From IMG/VR virus record IMGVR_UViG_3300033802_000277: a DNA stretch of 64,000 nucleotides. One strand, 5' to 3'. The notes under the pieces were generated by a model, which was given only the letters and a program-made list of their open reading frames with translations, was not told the DNA's origin and searched no databases. This stretch comes from a virus. The position numbers and the translations under genes were made by a program. This document shows, piece by piece, positions 1 through 11,300 of the stretch. Positions within the stretch are counted from its first letter, which is position 1, and every line of letters begins with the position of its first letter.

Positions 1-3000
1 CCGTTTGTATCAGCCCAAAATACGTCAACACCATTCCTTTGAATGTAAATTCCTTTAGTTGCATTGAGAACCGTTCTAACTACTCCATCTCCTCTTGTAA
101 CAACGATCCCGTTAACAGGATCAATTGTAATTCCGTTTGTAAGCACACCATTAAGCATATTTACATCTGAACCAAAAATACGGATTCCGCGAGCTTCAAT
201 GACGCCATCGGAACTGTTTACACTAAATTGATCAACCCATGTTCCATTAACATTTTTTTGGAGTAGTATTCCATATGTTGCATTAAAAAAGCTTCGATAT
301 TTATTATCAGAGCGTTCAACAAGTATGCCATTCGTTTGATCTAATGTAACTCTATTATAAGGGACTCCAAGTAATACAGAACTATACTTCAATGCATCTG
401 TTATTTCGTTAATAATCCGTTTTGCTTGATCATAATAACTTTGAAATTTTTGTTTAAACTCTTCCCTATCGACTGGTGTTGTTTCTTCCATGTTTGCCAA
501 TAAAGGATTTACATAGTTTCCTAGATTTATGTAAGCTTGTGTGAATGGAGGAATATTGATATGACTAATAGTTCTTCCATCTCGATCAGAATATTCATAC
601 TGTTGAGCCTGATAAAGTAATTTTTGATACTCAGTTTGAATAGTTTCCCATTCTTGCTTTAATGTAAGTTTCTCAATTGGGGTAAGTTTTCCGTCAGTAA
701 TAATCGTTTCAAAACGTCCAATGTTTAAATAATTAGTTTCAGCATCGATCATAATATCGTCTAAATCGTTGACAATTCGCAATCTTTTTGCAACTAAGTC
801 TTCAACCCATAAACGACTATCAAGAATATTCACATAAAATTTTTTCACCCATTGCGAACCATTCCATTTTTCTATGGATATTCCATCAGTGGCATTTAAT
901 TTAGTTCTATACAAACCATCGCTGCGTGTGATTACAAGACCATTGGTATTATCTAAAACGATTCCATTATTTAAAGTTCCTGACATATAATCAATTTTAA
1001 CGCCACGACCATTAAAAAATCCTTCCGTATCTAACCATGCAGTAATGTCCCAATCTGTTCCGTTCTTTCTTAGGATCTTAAAACCGTCATCACGATCAAC
1101 AATTATTTGATTGATTATGTTAGTGTCTCCACAATCTGTTGAAGCATAACGGTTTAGTAAGATACCAAACTTATCAGGATCTTCTTGATACAAACCAAAC
1201 TTCATTACTTCGCGTTCGCAAAGATCAGTTATTGTCGCTTTTGGGCCAGTTATTTCAAGAATACCATCGTCATCCCCGATTACAACTCGATTAGTAAGAA
1301 GAATTTTACCGAACAAACGTTCGGCAATTATTCCATCCGGAGTAATGGCGGTTTCATATCTTAAACCACCGCTTCGGGTTAGCGCGAGTGCTCCATGCGT
1401 AGCACGTAAAAATCGATTTTGGTCATTAGGATCAATTATTGTAATGCCTTTTCTGTCTATTGTCACAAATTCGTTATTTGCCATATTAATTTCATTAGTG
1501 ACTTTATTCCAAAAATTTTCTAATATTTTACTTATTTCACCTAAATCTACGCCATTCTGATCCCATTTGTATTTACCCATATCTACTTTAGTGGAAGTAT
1601 TTCTGCTTTGCTTCAAATAATCAGCTAGTTTTTTATTATCATCATCAATTTCAGTAACATTGGCAATAATTAAATTAATATTACTGTCCTCAAAATTGTA
1701 TTCTATTTCTATTATTTTAGCTTTTACTTTAATTCCGAGTTTTTCATATTCAATTATTACTTCATCTCCAAGATAAAGTTTATTCCAATTATGTTGCTCT
1801 TCTATTATTGCAAAGAAATTTACAATGTCGATATTGAAAGATGTTTGTGGTTTTCTTAATTCTTCAAATTTTTCTTGGGCAGCTTTATATAAATCTTTAT
1901 CATCAATATAATTTTCATCAATAAATTCACGTTCGATAATATATGTATTTAATTCTTGAATCTGTTCTGGTGTGAAGTTATTTTCTACTGATAATAAATT
2001 CTTTAACGATTGAATATTACCATTTACTATTGATATTTGTTGTTTTATTTGATTTATTTCATTTTGTTTTGCCGCGATCTGCATTTGTTTATTGTCTAGG
2101 CTATATTTTTCAATTAAAGAGTTTTCATTAGAAAATGTATTATACTCTTCATCGGTTATATTTGCTATTTGAATAAATACTTCTGTATTTGTTGCAGATC
2201 CAATAACTTCGTGTGTGATAAAATTTGAAAATTTAATTTTTTCTAAGACAACCCACTGACCAGCGGCAAGATTTTGTTGTATTCCATCTATTTTAATCAC
2301 AATGTTATTTGTGTCTGAAACTTTGCACAATACGACATACGCATTATTAGGGTTAACTTTTGTAGTTTCTAAAACTGTACTTCCGTTGAATGTAAATTTA
2401 TAGAACCACATATTATTATCATATTGTTGTAACAATACGATATCATTTATAATTGATTCTTGCCTTTTTAAATTATCCATCTCAATTTCCTTTTGGGATA
2501 GCTGCGCTTGCAAACCTTCTAATTGTGTCAAATAGTTATTAAATACATTCCTATTGTTCTCAATTAAGGCATGATAATCAAGAATAGCATGACAAAGGCT
2601 GTCGCTCATATAATAACTAGATTGAATCACATTTCTATTCTCGTCGCGTTCAAAAGGAAACATAAAATAACTAAAGTCTTCAATATAATTCTGTCCTGTA
2701 GGGTTTACTCGCTCAATGGATAAATTGTCTTTGCCAAAAGCTTTAAGTCTTGTAACCATTTCATCTGCATTTGATTCTTTTCCTAAAGTTTTTAAGTAAT
2801 GTCCGTATGAAAATTTAATACCTCGGTTAATTCCGGTATATTCAGGTTTTATTAGACTGATTTTTCGTTGAATCGTATCCCATTTAACAATTGCATTAAA
2901 GGTTTCTGCGATACTAAAAACAGCATCCAGAACCGTTGTACTCATAAAGTCAAAATCACGATATGTTAATTCGAAATCCGCATCTAGAACATCAATCGAC

Positions 3001-3437
3001 CACAAAGTTTCAGATAATACTTCATTTAATGCTTGTCGTGCATTTTTTGATTCTAAAACTACTCCACGCAATAATTTATCTCGAAGTTCATATCCAAGAG
3101 AAAAAGATTCTACGGTCATATAATCTTTATCTTCGTCCATGTTATTGTTAATTTTATTGATTATATATCTTTCTTTTTGAGTTCCAAATCTGACTTCAAG
3201 AATATAACGTTCACGAATTAGATCAACATTATGATTCCTCTGTAAAGTATGATTTATCTCAATTTCATAAGGCAAATGAAACGAAAACTCATTTAATGCA
3301 GCAAGTTTAACTTTTAATATTTTATTATAAGCCTCACTTAATTTACTTATAATTGTCCCATTAGGTTTTAATAAAAATATTTGTGGTTCAATTGGTTTTT
3401 TATTTTTATCAATTTCACCCAGTAAAATACTACTCAC
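1..3437 (-). CDS. Phage tail endopeptidase / tail-spike protein, partial (3' end beyond window)
   Basis: Absent from the ORF track because no stop lies in the window. Translated by hand from GTG at 3437 (SSILLGEIDKNKKPIEPQIFLLKPNG...) and still in the same frame at base 2 (...TKGIYIQRNGVDVFWADTNG). Follows Dit and contains MVTRLKAFGKD, typical of prophage tail proteins. Start codon uncertain. Confidence 0.85.
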   Translation of the reverse strand, partial: MSSILLGEIDKNKKPIEPQIFLLKPNGTIISKLSEAYNKILKVKLAALNEFSFHLPYEIEINHTLQRNHNVDLIRERYILEVRFGTQKERYIINKINNNMDEDKDYMTVESFSLGYELRDKLLRGVVLESKNARQALNEVLSETLWSIDVLDADFELTYRDFDFMSTTVLDAVFSIAETFNAIVKWDTIQRKISLIKPEYTGINRGIKFSYGHYLKTLGKESNADEMVTRLKAFGKDNLSIERVNPTGQNYIEDFSYFMFPFERDENRNVIQSSYYMSDSLCHAILDYHALIENNRNVFNNYLTQLEGLQAQLSQKEIEMDNLKRQESIINDIVLLQQYDNNMWFYKFTFNGSTVLETTKVNPNNAYVVLCKVSDTNNIVIKIDGIQQNLAAGQWVVLEKIKFSNFITHEVIGSATNTEVFIQIANITDEEYNTFSNENSLIEKYSLDNKQMQIAAKQNEINQIKQQISIVNGNIQSLKNLLSVENNFTPEQIQELNTYIIEREFIDENYIDDKDLYKAAQEKFEELRKPQTSFNIDIVNFFAIIEEQHNWNKLYLGDEVIIEYEKLGIKVKAKIIEIEYNFEDSNINLIIANVTEIDDDNKKLADYLKQSRNTSTKVDMGKYKWDQNGVDLGEISKILENFWNKVTNEINMANNEFVTIDRKGITIIDPNDQNRFLRATHGALALTRSGGLRYETAITPDGIIAERLFGKILLTNRVVIGDDDGILEITGPKATITDLCEREVMKFGLYQEDPDKFGILLNRYASTDCGDTNIINQIIVDRDDGFKILRKNGTDWDITAWLDTEGFFNGRGVKIDYMSGTLNNGIVLDNTNGLVITRSDGLYRTKLNATDGISIEKWNGSQWVKKFYVNILDSRLWVEDLVAKRLRIVNDLDDIMIDAETNYLNIGRFETIITDGKLTPIEKLTLKQEWETIQTEYQKLLYQAQQYEYSDRDGRTISHINIPPFTQAYINLGNYVNPLLANMEETTPVDREEFKQKFQSYYDQAKRIINEITDALKYSSVLLGVPYNRVTLDQTNGILVERSDNKYRSFFNATYGILLQKNVNGTWVDQFSVNSSDGVIEARGIRIFGSDVNMLNGVLTNGITIDPVNGIVVTRGDGVVRTVLNATKGIYIQRNGVDVFWADTN

Positions 3438-3440
3438 CTC

Positions 3441-4085
3441 CTATCCTTGTAAAAGTTTAAATTGATGTCTGAATTTAATATTTGCGTTTCCAATAACTCT
3501 AAGAACATTAACTCCGGGTAGTAACTCAAGATAATTATCATTAAAATTTTCATAGCGATATGTTGCTGCCAAACTCGTCTCAATTTGTTCACGATCTCCA
3601 TTAACATAAACTGTTTCTTGATCTAATAATCCAGTAAATTTAAATTCTTCGTTTCCCTTTGTCGTGTTAATTATTGATAAATCACCATTACCTATTTTGG
3701 TAATCCAAATTTCTGGACGAAGATTAATGTCTCCTTTATTATCATAATGAATAATTGGTTCAAAATAAAAATAAACACTTTGCAATGTCGGAGTAATATT
3801 TTTATCAATTGTTTTTTCTGTAACTCGATATTTAAGAACTGCATTTTTCATTGAAGTGTTTGACTTTATATCTGGAATAGAACCACCATTTGAAGCTACT
3901 TTCCAACCATTCCAGTCATATCCGCCATTAAAAGAAATATTTGTTTCAACTTTGATTGATGTTCCTTGAGGTAAGAGAGAATCCCAACTAATAGTTGAAA
4001 TTGCTCCATCTCCATCAAGTGATATTGCGAAATCAGGCGAAATGTAGTATCCACTTAATTTAGAAAAATGTTCCCATGTAGCCAT
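3441..4085 (-). CDS. Distal tail protein (Dit), C-terminal half
   Basis: C-terminus DNKGDINLRPEIWITKIGNGDLSIIN...RYENFNDNYLELLPGVNVLRVIG resembles the C-terminal domain of SPbeta-type Dit; has its own RBS (AAGGATGA) and ATG. Confidence 0.7.
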   Translation of the reverse strand: MATWEHFSKLSGYYISPDFAISLDGDGAISTISWDSLLPQGTSIKVETNISFNGGYDWNGWKVASNGGSIPDIKSNTSMKNAVLKYRVTEKTIDKNITPTLQSVYFYFEPIIHYDNKGDINLRPEIWITKIGNGDLSIINTTKGNEEFKFTGLLDQETVYVNGDREQIETSLAATYRYENFNDNYLELLPGVNVLRVIGNANIKFRHQFKLLQG

Positions 4086-4097
4086 ATAAAATCATCC

Positions 4098-4733
4098 TTA
4101 TTCTATTTTACCAAACGGTCTAAAAAGCGCAGAAATTCCAGATTCCTTCCATGTACAAATACGATATCCAGTCCAAACAACCATACCATCTGAAACAGTT
4201 CCACCGTCAACTAATGACCATACTGGTTCATTAGTTCCAGATACACCAGCAACAGTACAAACATAAAATCTATTATTGGACATAGAAGGAATGACAATTT
4301 CGTTTAATTGATAACTTTTTGAGGGTTGCCATATCGTTGCTCCTTGGATATCTTGTACGGTGCTTTCTGAGGAAACAGGAAAAATCGGCTCCACCGTTCC
4401 GCTTCTACCTGATTGTACACAAGTATAAAAATGCCCATTGTCTATCGTTGGAACAATCACATCGCCAACATTATAATTTGTTAACACAGACCATTTTGGC
4501 GCGGCAGTACCGCTTCTAACATTTACCCAACCTATATATGATCCGGATACTGGATTGACATTGTATACTTTTTTTGATATCTCCCATGTTCCGCTTGTTG
4601 GCGGATTACTCATATATATTTCAGCAACATCGTCAAGTTTTTTAAAATTATCACTTAAATCTATAATTGTTTGATGAATTTCATCGGTTAACGAAGGTCG
4701 AATTAATCCTAAATTTGGAGTAATAGTAGACAT
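4098..4733 (-). CDS. Tail-associated protein with two CBM5/12-like (W-x4-Y-x2-G/N-D/E-x-V) repeats
   Basis: WSVLTNYNVGDVIVP...FYTCVQSGRSGTVEP and WQPSKSYQLNEIVIP...FYVCTVAGVSGTNEP. The RBS GGGGTGGTGAG favours ATG 4733. Confidence 0.65.
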   Translation of the reverse strand: MSTITPNLGLIRPSLTDEIHQTIIDLSDNFKKLDDVAEIYMSNPPTSGTWEISKKVYNVNPVSGSYIGWVNVRSGTAAPKWSVLTNYNVGDVIVPTIDNGHFYTCVQSGRSGTVEPIFPVSSESTVQDIQGATIWQPSKSYQLNEIVIPSMSNNRFYVCTVAGVSGTNEPVWSLVDGGTVSDGMVVWTGYRICTWKESGISALFRPFGKIE

Positions 4734-4749
4734 CTCACCACCCCTTTTG

Positions 4750-5331
4750 TTATAAATCATTCCAAATCATTGTTGGAGATAAATTTATCCATTTTGTTTT
4801 ATTTGGATCTATTATTAAATCACCGTTAATATCTGTAATAAGATTATTAAATTCTCCTTGAGTAAAAGAATCTACTCCGAAATTAATAGGAGATTCATCC
4901 CACTGATATTCTTTTGTAAAATAAGGAGAATATGAATAAGGAGAATCACATCTCATTTGTATATTTACATATCCTTGTTTTAATCCGTTATGTAATAATT
5001 GAGAATCGGAAAATAACATACAATAAAAAATTCTTTCAGGATTATCCGATGTATAAAATGGACAATAATAATCTTTGTCTAACCATCTAGCAACTTCTCT
5101 AATTTTTAAATCATCATAATAGTCCTCGAATGCAAATGTTAAAGAAAAAACAAGGGGTGATCTTTTCACCCCTTGAAAATATGGTTTGTCTCTGCCCCTT
5201 ATTGATACTTCAATGATTTCTTTTTCAGCAACAAATGGCTCTTCAAAAAATCCAGAATCAATTTTGCAATTTATAACACCCATGTTTACTGAATAAATTC
5301 CGTCATAATAAAAATCTATTCCCTCTTTCAT
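4750..5331 (-). CDS. Distal tail protein (Dit), N-terminal half
   Basis: FYYDGIYSVNMGVIN...EEPF...PYFQGVKRSPLVFSL...IREVARWL...LLHNGLKQGY...MRCDSPYSYS; lies immediately after the tape measure gene. Confidence 0.8.
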   Translation of the reverse strand: MKEGIDFYYDGIYSVNMGVINCKIDSGFFEEPFVAEKEIIEVSIRGRDKPYFQGVKRSPLVFSLTFAFEDYYDDLKIREVARWLDKDYYCPFYTSDNPERIFYCMLFSDSQLLHNGLKQGYVNIQMRCDSPYSYSPYFTKEYQWDESPINFGVDSFTQGEFNNLITDINGDLIIDPNKTKWINLSPTMIWNDL

Positions 5332-5334
5332 ATG

Positions 5335-8300
5335 TTATATGACTCCCTTTCCCTTTAGGCGTTTTATAATAGTATTAGATACGTCTTCTGCTCCTTTTCT
5401 GTCGCCTATCACATTATCAATATTAATTACAATTTGATTTACAGCATTCTGATTCCCATTAGAATTCGTAAGCGGAGAAATTAATTTTGAAAAATCCATT
5501 AATCTTATTCCGTTTGCAATATTTCCGACAATATTATTAATTGGATTATTTTTTACAACAAGTTCTCCCAATTTTAAAATTGATAAACGTTCATCAGAAC
5601 CAAGATTAAGCATTTTATGTAATTTTTCAATTACAGGAGAACCTTTACCACCAACAATCCCACCGTTATGATATAATGGTAAATTATTTTTATACCAAAC
5701 ACCCTCAGCAGCATTATAAGTGGCTCCAATTTGTGATCCTAATTCTTGATTAGAACGTTCATAAGCGCTTCTCATGCTTGGATATTTGTGCCAAAGTTCG
5801 CTATTCATTTTCATTGATGCAATAATATTTCTTTCCTGATCATTCATTGGAATATAATAATTATTATTACTATTTCCAGTGTTTGAAGTTGTAACATTAA
5901 ACTTTAAATTACCAAGTTCTTTAAATTTCCTTATTAGTTCATCTACTTTTTTTATCAACGTATCGTTCAAGTTGTTAGCTATGTTTATGAATTCATTATT
6001 TAAAGACTGAGTAGCACTTACAAGTCCATTAGATAACCTGTTCATATTATCTAATAAATTATTTGAAATACTTTGACCAATTTCTCCACTATTCCTTAAT
6101 ATAAAGTTTTTAAATTCTTCAAATTTGGCTAATACATTTGATATATTTCCCTTCATTATTTCTTCGCGTATTTGATTGAATTCTCGTTCATTATTTATTA
6201 AATCATCGTAATATTGGTTGGTAATTTTTTTTAATTGATCCAATCTTTCTTTTTCTTTTTCAAAAGCCTGATCCTCTAATTCTTTTTGTTTATCCATATT
6301 TTTCTTTTTATCCTCTAATTGTTGTTGTAGATTTTTCTTTAATTGTTCCCTAGTTCTATTATTTTGAAATTCACTTATTTCTTCATTCTTTTCAGCTAAA
6401 CTTTTTTCTAATTCTGCTAATTCTGCTCTAGCCTCTTTGGAATTATTTAATCTTTTAACATCAATCTTTCTTTGAATCTCATCTCTTTCTTTAATTAATT
6501 CATTCAACCTTTTATTGTAATCTTCTTCGCTGGCCTGTTCATCAATAGCTTTTAATCTAGCATTGACAATTTCCTCATATTTACTTATTTCATCATCGAG
6601 CAATTTTATTTTTTCTTTATGTGCTTTATTAAGCGCATCCAGTTCATCTTCAATACCCTTAATTGCTATATCTCTTTGCTTTTCATACATTTCTTTATAA
6701 AAATCAATTACTTCATCTGCTAACTTTTTCGTTTGATCTTGCAATGATTTATTTGTATTTTTTATAGATGTAGCAATTTCAATTTGAGATAAAATAGATT
6801 GTCTCAATTGATCATTAAGTTTGCTCCATTCAGCCTCAGTAAGATTAACAGACTGCATTTGTTTACGAATAATTTGTTCGTGATTCTCTTCTGCTTTTAA
6901 TTTATTCTCTAATATTCTTACCTGATTTTGTAATTCATCAGAATATTCTTTTGAATTTTCTTCTAAAATTTTAAGTCGATCATTAGATATCGATAATTCG
7001 TCGTCATATTTCTTTACAACATCAGCAGCTTCATTAATTTGTGAATTTATTATTTCAAAATTTGTTTGAGAAATAACTTCATGAAAATCCCACCAAGAAT
7101 TTGACAACTCTCTAATTCGATCATTTAAAATTTTTGTTTGTTCTATTGTGAGATTACCATTTGCTAACTGCTCTCTAAGTGCTTCAGCTTCGTTATGAAC
7201 TATATCTTGCTTTTGTTTTAATAAGTCAATTTGTTTTTGTAATTCGTTTCTGTATTCTTGAGAAGTTTCATTGAATTTTTTGGTTTCTCGGTTTAATTCT
7301 TCAATTTGCTCATCTATATCTTCTAATTTCCTTTGAGTTTCATCCTTCAACAATTTATTAGTTTCTTCGAAAATACTATTAACATTTCTTAAAGATTCTT
7401 TAAAGTCATCAATCCAACTCGCTGATTTTTCATTTATTGCTTTATCTAAGTCTTCAAACAATTGAATATAGTAGTTAAATAACTCTTTTCTATTTTCAAG
7501 CCCTTGTTTTTGTTGTTCAAGTTGTGCTTTTATGGAATCAGATGTTTCACGACCAATTCTGTTATTCAAATTGTTTAATTGTTTTTCTAAATTATTTGCA
7601 TAATTAGCTATTTCTTCTTTTGATATATCTTCTATATTCCTACCTTGTCTAAAATCGGAAAAGTATTTGTCAAATTCAGGAATGATTTCGTTTTCACGTA
7701 TTGATCGAAGTTGTTCTGCAACTTCGTGATATTTATTCATTCGTTCTTCGAGAAGAGCGTTTAGTTGTTTTTCAAGTTCTATTCTTTTTGGAAGATCGCC
7801 TTCTAAATCAGCGATATCCATTTGATTTTTAGTGTCTAAAATTTGCTCATTTAGTGATTTTAATTGGTTTTCTGCGTCTTGAATTTGCTCTTTGAAAGTG
7901 GGTAACAAATTAAGGATTCTATCTATAAAAGTTCGTTCTTTAGAGGAACTAGAACCACTAGAAGTTCCGGCTTCCCTAAGACCAATACTCGATGCTTGTT
8001 TTAATGCCTCTATAGTTTTTAAATATTCATCTAACTTATCAACATTAGCCAAAGTTCTTAATCTTTTATCTCTTTCTACCATGTAGGCAGCAAAATCAGC
8101 GCCGAAACCAGTTCCACTTTCATCTATCATGGAATTGATTTGAGTATTCAAATCATCTAATTGTAGTAATAATTCTGCCTTTGCTTTTCCTACTTCTTTA
8201 ATACTTTGTATTTGAATACCATACATTTCAAGTTCTGCATTCAAAGCGTTCCTCATTTTTTCAAGTTCTTGTTCTCTCATGTTTAAACTATCTTGGAACG

Positions 8301-11300
8301 CTTTAATTTTTGCGTCTCGTAACGCTTCTACTGCCTCAATGTTTATTTTTATCTGACCATTTTCAACACTTATAGCATTTACAAGTTCTTTTTCTTGTAT
8401 AATCATTTTGGCTATAGAGTCTGCACTTAATTCTCTTCCGTTTTTAACGTCTTCAATAAGTTTATTTAATGATTTTACTTCTTCGGAAGCATTATCATAT
8501 GATTTGGATAAATCTTCTAATTGTTTTTCAAAATTATAAATAACATTACTTACTTGAGGAACTACTTTAAGAAGTTCTATAAATTGATTTGTGAAATTTT
8601 CTAATGATTTTGTAGCAATTCCTGATAAATTTACATTTGAAAATAGTTTTTCAATCCCACTTTTAATTTCCGAAACAACATAATCAATTTGATTTTTTAT
8701 ATTTTTATCAAAAGGATTTTCATTTAATTTCCTTTTTAATTCATCATATTGTTTAAATAAGTCATTTAATCCGCCACTTGAAAGCATATTTCGAATTGCA
8801 TTGTTAAATATCCTAATTCCTTCTGACGGATCAATATTCGACATTGATAAAGATTTAGCAAGTTCCTCTGATACCCTTCTTGCTTGATCGGTTAAAGATT
8901 TACCATTATCTTCAAGTTCATTTTGTAATACTTTGAAATAAGATGAAGAAGTTTCTGAAATATTTTTGCTTGCTTCTTGTGCTTTTTCTTGATAGTATGA
9001 TAAATTTTTATAGTATCCTTCTAAAACCCTATTTAAATATGCTAGATCATTTGTCTTAATTCCAGTCAATAACGTTACCGGGCCAGTTATATTACCAGAT
9101 AATCTATTATTTATATTATCAATAACCCTTTGAACTTCTTCTGCTTTTTTTACATAATAATCATAATCTTTATTATATTCCTTTAAGTTTTTATTTATTT
9201 CGTTACTATTTCCTATAACCTTATTCTTGAGAAGTTCTTTTTCTAATCTATTTTGTTCTTCTAACTGTTTAATCCTTATTTTTATTTGTTCAGTATTGTC
9301 AGCATACGCTTCCCCTTGTGCATTAATTCCAGTTGCAGAAACACCGTACAATCGAACCAAATCTTTTTCAATCTGGCTCATTTTATTAAGTTCTTCTTGT
9401 ATTTTATTAGTTTTATTCCTTAGTGTATCATATTCCTCTGATAATTTCCTTAACCCTTCTAATTGGTCAGTTATTTTTGTTGTATTTTCATTATATGTAT
9501 CTACTATTTTAGACAAATTGTTTTTTGCTTGATTCGAAGAAGAAGTTAGTCTTGTTATTAATTCTATCAAACCAGCAACCGCAACAGATATACCAAACGT
9601 AATAGTTGCTTGAAAAGCCGCCGCTGCAATTCTTGCAACATTAATAGAGGTTGCCAATGTTCTAAAAGATGTTGACAAAGTGTTTATTGAAATATTTCCT
9701 GCAACAATAGCACTTGTCATCTTTGCTGTTGTTCCAGTAAAAGTTAAAATTGCAGCAGTTGCAATTCCTGCAATCGTCGGTAAAAAGCCAAAGGTATCAA
9801 AAAATTTGGTTAGTAAACCAAGTGCCTGAGTTAATAAACTGATAATACCAGCAAATAAATCTTTTAATCCAGATTCGCCTAATGTATATGCAAATTCTTG
9901 CCATGCAGATGTAAGAAGATTAATTTTCGCTTGTAATGATTGCATATAACGCTCATTTTCTCTCATTGCAGAACCTTGAGAATTCATAGCGGTTTCGGTT
10001 GCTTTTACTGCTGTGTCCCAGTTGTTAAGTAGAGCGAGGAACCGGGTCAACTGGTATCTTCCAGCAATTACCACCGCTAAATCTTGTTTTTGAGCATTTG
10101 TTAATGTATTCCACTTTGCCGCAAGATCAGAAAGAACATCTGAAACCTTTCTGCTTTCACCAGCAATATCTCTTGTCTGAACACCTATTTCTGCTAAAGC
10201 TTCCGCTGCTTCATCTGCATAAATCCTAGAAAATGTTGACTTTAACATATTGCCAATTACAGAACCAGACTCACGGGTAACTTCAGCAATAGCAGTCGTA
10301 TACCCTGTTAATTGCTCAAGTGAGGCTCCATAAGTTTCCGCAGCCGATGAAGCATGAGACAAACTATCTGCTAACTGTCTAACAGTAACCGCATAGTTAT
10401 TGTCAGTTTCATTTAAAACGTCAACAATTCGAATAGAATCTTTTGCTTCTATGTTGAATGCGGTCATTGCGCCTATTAAATCGTTCATCGCTTCTTCTGG
10501 TTTTAAATCAGAAACGTTGGCCGCCAATACACTTGTGCGTGTTAGATCCAATGCTTCCTGAGCGCTATAACCAGCTTGCTTTGCCATAATTAGAGCGTCA
10601 TTAACGTCCGTTATCTTTTGCCCTAATTCTGTAGCAGTATTTATTGCTCCTCTAAACATTTCTTCGATGTTTGTTCCTTCATCGGCAACACGAGCCAATT
10701 GGGTTAACTGTGAATCAATTTCAATAATAACGCCCAACGCTTGCTCTAATGCGCGTTTGGTTCCATATATTGCTGTTGTTGCTAATGCCCACGTAATAGT
10801 TCTGGAAATTGCTATTTTTAATTGTTCATTCCATCCTAATTGTCTCGCACTAACATCGCTTAAGCCTTTGTCAACTTTGTATAATTGACCAGTAGTTTCA
10901 TCAAGTATGGCAGTATAATTATGCCAATACTTTCCACCCTCTAAAACACGCACATGCATTTCTTTCATTCGATTTCCAAACTGGTCAACTTTTGGAATTA
11001 CTTTAGTAAATTCTGCATTGGCTCCGGCAACTGCCTTTGCGTAATTTAATAATTCTTCTTGTGAAGCATTAAAATTTAAAGGAACATCAAGATTAACAAC
11101 TTGAGCATTTTGAAATCTGGTAGCTGCATATTCAGCATATTTTTGTTTAGCTTTTTCTTGATTTTCATTAATTTTACGTTCTTCTTGCGCTCTTTTTGCA
11201 ATAGTCTCTAAGCGCTTTTGTTCTATCTTCTCTAAATCTCTTTCTAATTGTAATTGTTTTTTTAGTTCATCCTTCTCTTGTTGTGCGTAATCAATTAATT

